Source of the DNA: an uncultured virus (IMG/VR IMGVR_UViG_2857886120_000002)
Taxonomy: Duplodnaviria > Heunggongvirae > Uroviricota > Caudoviricetes
DNA: 20,000 nt
Direction: 5' to 3' (one strand)
IMG/VR virus record: IMGVR_UViG_2857886120_000002
A program made the translations under genes and the position numbers. Below, piece by piece: positions 15,960 to 20,000 of this stretch; the stretch's first letter is position 1, and each line of letters begins with the position of its first letter. Under the pieces are notes generated by a model. That model was given only the letters and a program-made list of their open reading frames with translations. It was not told the DNA's origin and ran no database searches.

Positions 15960-17387
15960 ATGACAGAAATACAACCAATAAAAGCTTTTATTTCTTATAG
16001 TTGGTCGAGTCCAGAACATGAACAGTGGGTAATGGATTTAGCCGAACAATTATGTAATGATGGTGTAAACATTAAATTAGATAAATGGGAGTTAAAAGAA
16101 GGTCATGACAAATATTCTTTTATGGAAACGATGATCACAGATCCAGAAATAAAAAAAGTAATTATTATAAGTGACAAAATTTATGCAGAAAAAGCAGATC
16201 AAAGAGCTGGCGGTGTGGGAACTGAAACCCAAATTATTACCCCAGAACTGTATGGTAAGACTGAACAGAATAAATTTGTTATTGTGACAACTCAGAAAGA
16301 TGAAAATGGTAAAGCTTATACTCCAATTTATTATAAATCAAAAATCTATATAGATTTATCTGATGACAATAATTACGACGAAAATTATGAACGATTGCTT
16401 AGATGGTTATTTGATAAACCTGTATATCAAAAACCTATATTAGGAAAACCTCCAGCTTTTTTATTTGATGACAATTCTATTTCAATAGGGACTAAAACTT
16501 ATTACACTCGCTGTATGAATGCCATTCGTGATGGAAAAAATAATTCGTTGGGATGTTTTGACGAATATTGTAATGTTGTCATCGAAAATCTGGAGCGATT
16601 TAGAATGAATTTTGATGGAGTTACAAAAGAAAATCCAGCAGATGAAATTTTTTATAAGAATGCAACCTCACTATTGACAGTTAGAAATGAAATATTAGAG
16701 ATATTTAAGGCTATTTTAAACTATTCCCCAACAACTGAATTTGTTCATAAAATTCATGTTTTTTTTGAAAAAATATATAATTATAACAATATACTAAAAA
16801 CTGAACATAGCTATAAACAATATGAAGTAGAAAATTATAAAATACTTAATTATCAATTATTTTTGTACACAGTTTCATTATTTATTCGTTATGAACGTTT
16901 TACTGAACTAAGTGATTTTTTATCAAGCAAATTTCTTCTGAATGATTCTAAATATAACGGAAAAAAAATGCATTATTTTGTTCATTTTAATGTTTTTAAT
17001 GATCAACTATTTAGAGATCGTTGTAATCGACTAAATTTTAATACATGTTGTCTATTAGCATCTAAACTTTTTTCGGAGTGGAAACATAAAGCAATTACAC
17101 ACGATGAGATAGTTCAAGCAGATTTATTGTTGCATATTTTTTGTGCAACAAAATTATCTGGTGAATTATCTCATTGTTGGTTTCCTCGTAATTTTTTTCT
17201 TATCGGTTTTAATTCTCCCCTAGATATTTTTATTAGGGCTGAATCAAAAATATACCTAAATAAATTAAAAGAATTATTTACACTTAATGAGTTGCAAAAA
17301 TTTGTTAAACAAGAGAGAAAACCGATAATACCTCACCTTTTTGTAAGTAATTATATTAATATTTTGAGACTAGGAACACTTGACTAA
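15960..17387 (+). CDS. SEFIR/TIR-domain protein, probable anti-phage effector
   Basis: KAFISYSW..HEQWVMDLA..LDKWELKEG..YAEKAD..GGVGTE..IYIDLS, followed by a long helical domain. Confidence 0.85.
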   Translation: MTEIQPIKAFISYSWSSPEHEQWVMDLAEQLCNDGVNIKLDKWELKEGHDKYSFMETMITDPEIKKVIIISDKIYAEKADQRAGGVGTETQIITPELYGKTEQNKFVIVTTQKDENGKAYTPIYYKSKIYIDLSDDNNYDENYERLLRWLFDKPVYQKPILGKPPAFLFDDNSISIGTKTYYTRCMNAIRDGKNNSLGCFDEYCNVVIENLERFRMNFDGVTKENPADEIFYKNATSLLTVRNEILEIFKAILNYSPTTEFVHKIHVFFEKIYNYNNILKTEHSYKQYEVENYKILNYQLFLYTVSLFIRYERFTELSDFLSSKFLLNDSKYNGKKMHYFVHFNVFNDQLFRDRCNRLNFNTCCLLASKLFSEWKHKAITHDEIVQADLLLHIFCATKLSGELSHCWFPRNFFLIGFNSPLDIFIRAESKIYLNKLKELFTLNELQKFVKQERKPIIPHLFVSNYINILRLGTLD

Positions 17388-17389
17388 AT

Positions 17390-18394
17390 ATGAGTGTTAG
17401 AAAACAACAATCAGGCAAATGGTTATTCGAAAAATACCTTGAGGGCGGTCGTAGAGTTCGTAAGACCTTTGCTACCAAAGGCGAGGCGCTTGCTTATGAA
17501 AATTATTTAGAAGAGCAAACTAACCAAAAGCCTTGGTTAGGTGAAAAGATTGATAAACGCCATTTATCGGATTTAATTAACAGTTGGTATTCATTACATG
17601 GGCAAACGCTTAAAGACGGGCAAACACGCCTAAAAGCGATGTTATTTGCTTGTGAATGCATTAATGATCCATTATCTACTCATTTTACAGCCAAACAATT
17701 TACTAACTATCGTCAAAAGCGTATTGATGGCGAAATATTTCGGACTGATAGAATAAAAAACGTTGCCCCACGTACAATGAATCTTGAACTAACTTATTTT
17801 AAAGCCATGTTTAATGAGTTAATTAGACTAGGGGAGTGGCAACATAACAATCCGCTTGAAAGAATACGCCCATTTAAAACCGATGAGCAAGAAATGGCTT
17901 ATCTTACTAAAGAGCAAATTCACGAACTCCTATTATCTTGTGGGCAAAGCACAGCCACCGATTTAACCATTATTGTTAAAATTTGCCTAGCAACAGGAGC
18001 AAGGTGGAGCGAAGCCGAAAGCCTAAAAGGTGCTCAAGTAAAAGATGGTAAAATCACCTACATTAACACCAAAGGCAAACGTAATCGAACCATTCCAATT
18101 AGTGATAAACTCTTTAACGAAATTCCCAAAAAGAATGGTAGCTTATTTACCCCCTGTTACTCGGCGTTCCGTTCAGCAATCGATCGTGCAGGAATAGAAT
18201 TACCAGATCGACAACTAACTCATGTATTACGCCACACTTTTGCCAGCCATTTTATGATGAATGGTGGCAATATTTTAGTTTTACAAAAAATACTCGGCCA
18301 CACCGATATCAAAATGACCATGCGCTACGCACACTTTGCCCCAGATCATTTTGAAGATGCGGTAAGGTTGAATCCGTTGAATGTAATTGAATAG
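17390..18394 (+). CDS. int: Tyrosine integrase, P2/186/HP1 type
   Basis: LATGARWSE, TKGK, HVLRHTFASH, LGH, MRYAH catalytic set intact. Confidence 0.97.
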   Translation: MSVRKQQSGKWLFEKYLEGGRRVRKTFATKGEALAYENYLEEQTNQKPWLGEKIDKRHLSDLINSWYSLHGQTLKDGQTRLKAMLFACECINDPLSTHFTAKQFTNYRQKRIDGEIFRTDRIKNVAPRTMNLELTYFKAMFNELIRLGEWQHNNPLERIRPFKTDEQEMAYLTKEQIHELLLSCGQSTATDLTIIVKICLATGARWSEAESLKGAQVKDGKITYINTKGKRNRTIPISDKLFNEIPKKNGSLFTPCYSAFRSAIDRAGIELPDRQLTHVLRHTFASHFMMNGGNILVLQKILGHTDIKMTMRYAHFAPDHFEDAVRLNPLNVIE

Positions 18395-18402
18395 GTAATT
18401 TT

Positions 18403-19392
18403 ATGAAAATATTGTTCTGTAATATTGGTTGGATGAAGAATTATCAAGGGCAAGCTGATGACGATCTTTTAATTGGCGGCGGTTCTTTCGTTAATGAGCA
18501 TGGGTATGGTGGGGAAGTAACAAATTTTTATTCAATGAATGGGAATTGTTATGGATACGTTCGAGTGGATAAAAAAACTAATAGTCTAAATTTAGAAAGA
18601 ATTGAAAAAGTAAACAAAGTAGATAAAGATTTTATAGATGATGTCTGTGTTGTATGGGTTGCCAGAGATCCTATAGAAAAAAAAGGGAATGTTATTGTTG
18701 GGTGGTATAACAATGCTAGGGTATACCGTTATAAACAAGAATTCTCTTTTTTAGAAAGTGATAGTGGTTATTGGTTTAAATCTAATGAAGATAATTGCGT
18801 TCTACTTCCATTTGAAGAAAGAGATATTATTTGCCCGAGATTTAAAAAAGGTTTTATGGGGAGGACCCAATATTGGTATGCCGATAGTGACGAGAGTATT
18901 GACTTTATAAAATCAATTAAAGAATTCATTAGCAACTATACAAAATTTGTTGCGTCAACAAAATCAAAAAAAGGAATTTTTAACACTAATCCAGAGTTAA
19001 AAAAGAAGACAGAAAAAAAAGCTGAAAAACGAGTAATACAATATTATAAAAAAAATGGATATACAGTTGATAATGTAGCTAAAGAAAATAAAGGCTGGGA
19101 TCTGGAAGCAAAGAAAAATAACACTACAATTTGTATTGAAGTCAAAGGATTATTTGGTGATGGAAAACGAATTATACTCACACCCAATGAATATAAACAT
19201 TTTATGGAAAAAGATAGTAACTACAAATTATGTATTGTTAATAATGTTATGTCAGATAAACATTACAATCTGTATATTTGCTATTTTTGTATTAAAAATA
19301 AAAAATGGGTTGTTATCCATCATAAAAATAACACAATAGATTTAAAACCTAAAATTGAAGAAAAAATATCAGCTATTGTTACATTAGAATAA
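18403..19392 (+). CDS. Putative nuclease: uncharacterised N-terminal domain plus DUF3883 (NOV-C) PD-(D/E)XK domain
   Basis: C-terminal AEKRV..GYTVDNV..GWDLEA..IEVKG..LTPNEY. Confidence 0.75.
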   Translation: MKILFCNIGWMKNYQGQADDDLLIGGGSFVNEHGYGGEVTNFYSMNGNCYGYVRVDKKTNSLNLERIEKVNKVDKDFIDDVCVVWVARDPIEKKGNVIVGWYNNARVYRYKQEFSFLESDSGYWFKSNEDNCVLLPFEERDIICPRFKKGFMGRTQYWYADSDESIDFIKSIKEFISNYTKFVASTKSKKGIFNTNPELKKKTEKKAEKRVIQYYKKNGYTVDNVAKENKGWDLEAKKNNTTICIEVKGLFGDGKRIILTPNEYKHFMEKDSNYKLCIVNNVMSDKHYNLYICYFCIKNKKWVVIHHKNNTIDLKPKIEEKISAIVTLE

Positions 19393-19490
19393 TGGCGATA
19401 AAATGGCGGTTGATTATATCCTTATATAGTAAAATATGTCTATATATGTATTTCTAACCGCTTGATTTAATTATAAGTTATTGATTTTAA
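19391..19490. promoter_or_regulatory. att arm: integrase arm sites, Cox-like repeats, IHF sites
   Basis: AATGGCGAT/AATGGCGGT direct repeat; 10-bp-period TATATC/TATAGT/TATGTC/TATGTA (19415-19450); two minus-strand WATCAANNNNTTR matches (19455-19467, 19474-19486). Confidence 0.7.
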
Positions 19491-19505
19491 ATACAGCTTT
19501 AAAGA

Positions 19506-19551
19506 ACTCATAATCGATTGGTCACTGGTTCAAGTCCAGTAGGGGCCACCA
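19506..19551 (+). repeat. att core: duplicated 3' half of tRNA-Ile2(CAT), not a full tRNA
   Basis: ACTCATAATCGATTGGTCACTGGTTCAAGTCCAGTAGGGGCCACCA resembles ileX/ileY anticodon loop to CCA; no 5' half upstream. Confidence 0.9.
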
Positions 19552-19661
19552 TCGCAGGAATCAAGTAAGTTTAAAAACGTTCAAAAAACCTTTATCTAAC
19601 AAGCTTTCCAGTTAATTTACTGTTCAACTAAGTTCATCCTGATTTAGCAAAATTCAAACTT

Positions 19662-19714
19662 TTATGTTATATATTATGTTATACGTTTGAATATAACATC
19701 GAGTTGTATAACAT
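19662..19714. repeat. Arm-type repeats of a second integrative element
   Basis: TATGTTATA twice in direct orientation, then TATAACAT twice in inverted orientation, just before the integrase ATG. Confidence 0.6.
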
Positions 19715-19776
19715 GGTAAAAATAGTTAAGCCTCTTACTAATACACAAATTAAAAACGCCAAGCCAAAAGAAAATT
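19713..19776 (+). pseudogene. 5' fragment of a P4-family integrase interrupted by IS3
   Basis: MVKIVKPLTNTQIKNAKPKEN is a typical P4-type integrase arm-binding N-terminus; ends at the IS end. Confidence 0.75.
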
Positions 19777-20000
19777 TGATCCTCGCCAAAATATTAGACA
19801 GTGCCCGCCTCTATCATTTTTTCGTTTTGGTAATATTGTTGTTCATATTGTTCAGGTGATACCCAGCCATTGGCTGAATGACGGCGTATCCGATTATAAT
19901 AGATTTCAATATATTCAAATAGTGCTTTATTAGCCTGCTTCCTCGTTTTGTAGTAACAGTCATGAATAATATGTGTTTTGAGTGTATGAAAAAAACTCTC
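19777..20000 (-). mobile_element. IS3-family insertion sequence, right end
   Basis: Terminus TGATCCTCGCCAAAATATTAGACA resembles the IS3 IR; contains transposase C-terminus. Confidence 0.88.
19794..20000 (-). CDS. IS3-family transposase OrfB, C-terminal part
   Basis: [36 protein letters not shown]. Confidence 0.9.
   Translation of the reverse strand, partial: ESFFHTLKTHIIHDCYYKTRKQANKALFEYIEIYYNRIRRHSANGWVSPEQYEQQYYQNEKMIEAGTV

Larger units (their letters stand above)
1..19551. mobile_element. P2/186-like prophage, right portion; continues leftward beyond the window
   Basis: P2-like gene order M-N-O <> P-Q-cos-[cargo]-A-early genes-cox <> cI-int-att; ends in a duplicated tRNA 3' half. Confidence 0.95.

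Noticed and set aside
13766..19339. ORFs 13766..14029, 14668..14865, 19136..19339
   Set aside because: Shadow frames of cI, the BRCT gene and the DUF3883 gene
19470..19551. Complete tRNA gene
   Set aside because: Only anticodon loop to CCA is present; upstream sequence cannot form the acceptor or D arm, so it is an att duplication
1..20000. CRISPR array, retron or DGR repeat pair
   Set aside because: No regularly spaced repeat-spacer units, no reverse transcriptase ORF and no long near-identical repeat pair noticed by eye

Overview
Most of the window (1..~19551) is the right-hand part of an AT-rich P2/186-like (Peduoviridae-type) prophage of a gammaproteobacterium, integrated at a tRNA-Ile2(CAT) gene. 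The core has head genes M(partial)/N/O/P/Q, a candidate cos, a LexA-boxed Tum-like antirepressor, replication protein A, Dam, early genes, cox/apl, a cI fused to a SHOCT-like tail, a tyrosine integrase and att. Accessory cargo sits at four places: hicAB between portal and cos; an Ecl18kI/SsoII-family type II R-M pair between cos and A; four genes between cI and int (secreted protein, WYL-like+BRCT protein, membrane protein, SEFIR/TIR protein); and a DUF3883-type nuclease between int and att. Two counter-oriented small genes with matching promoter architecture interrupt the early operon, each overlapping a convergent micro-ORF. Beyond att is the 5' end of a P4-type integrase broken by an IS3-family element. 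All family calls come from motif recognition by eye, not database searches.
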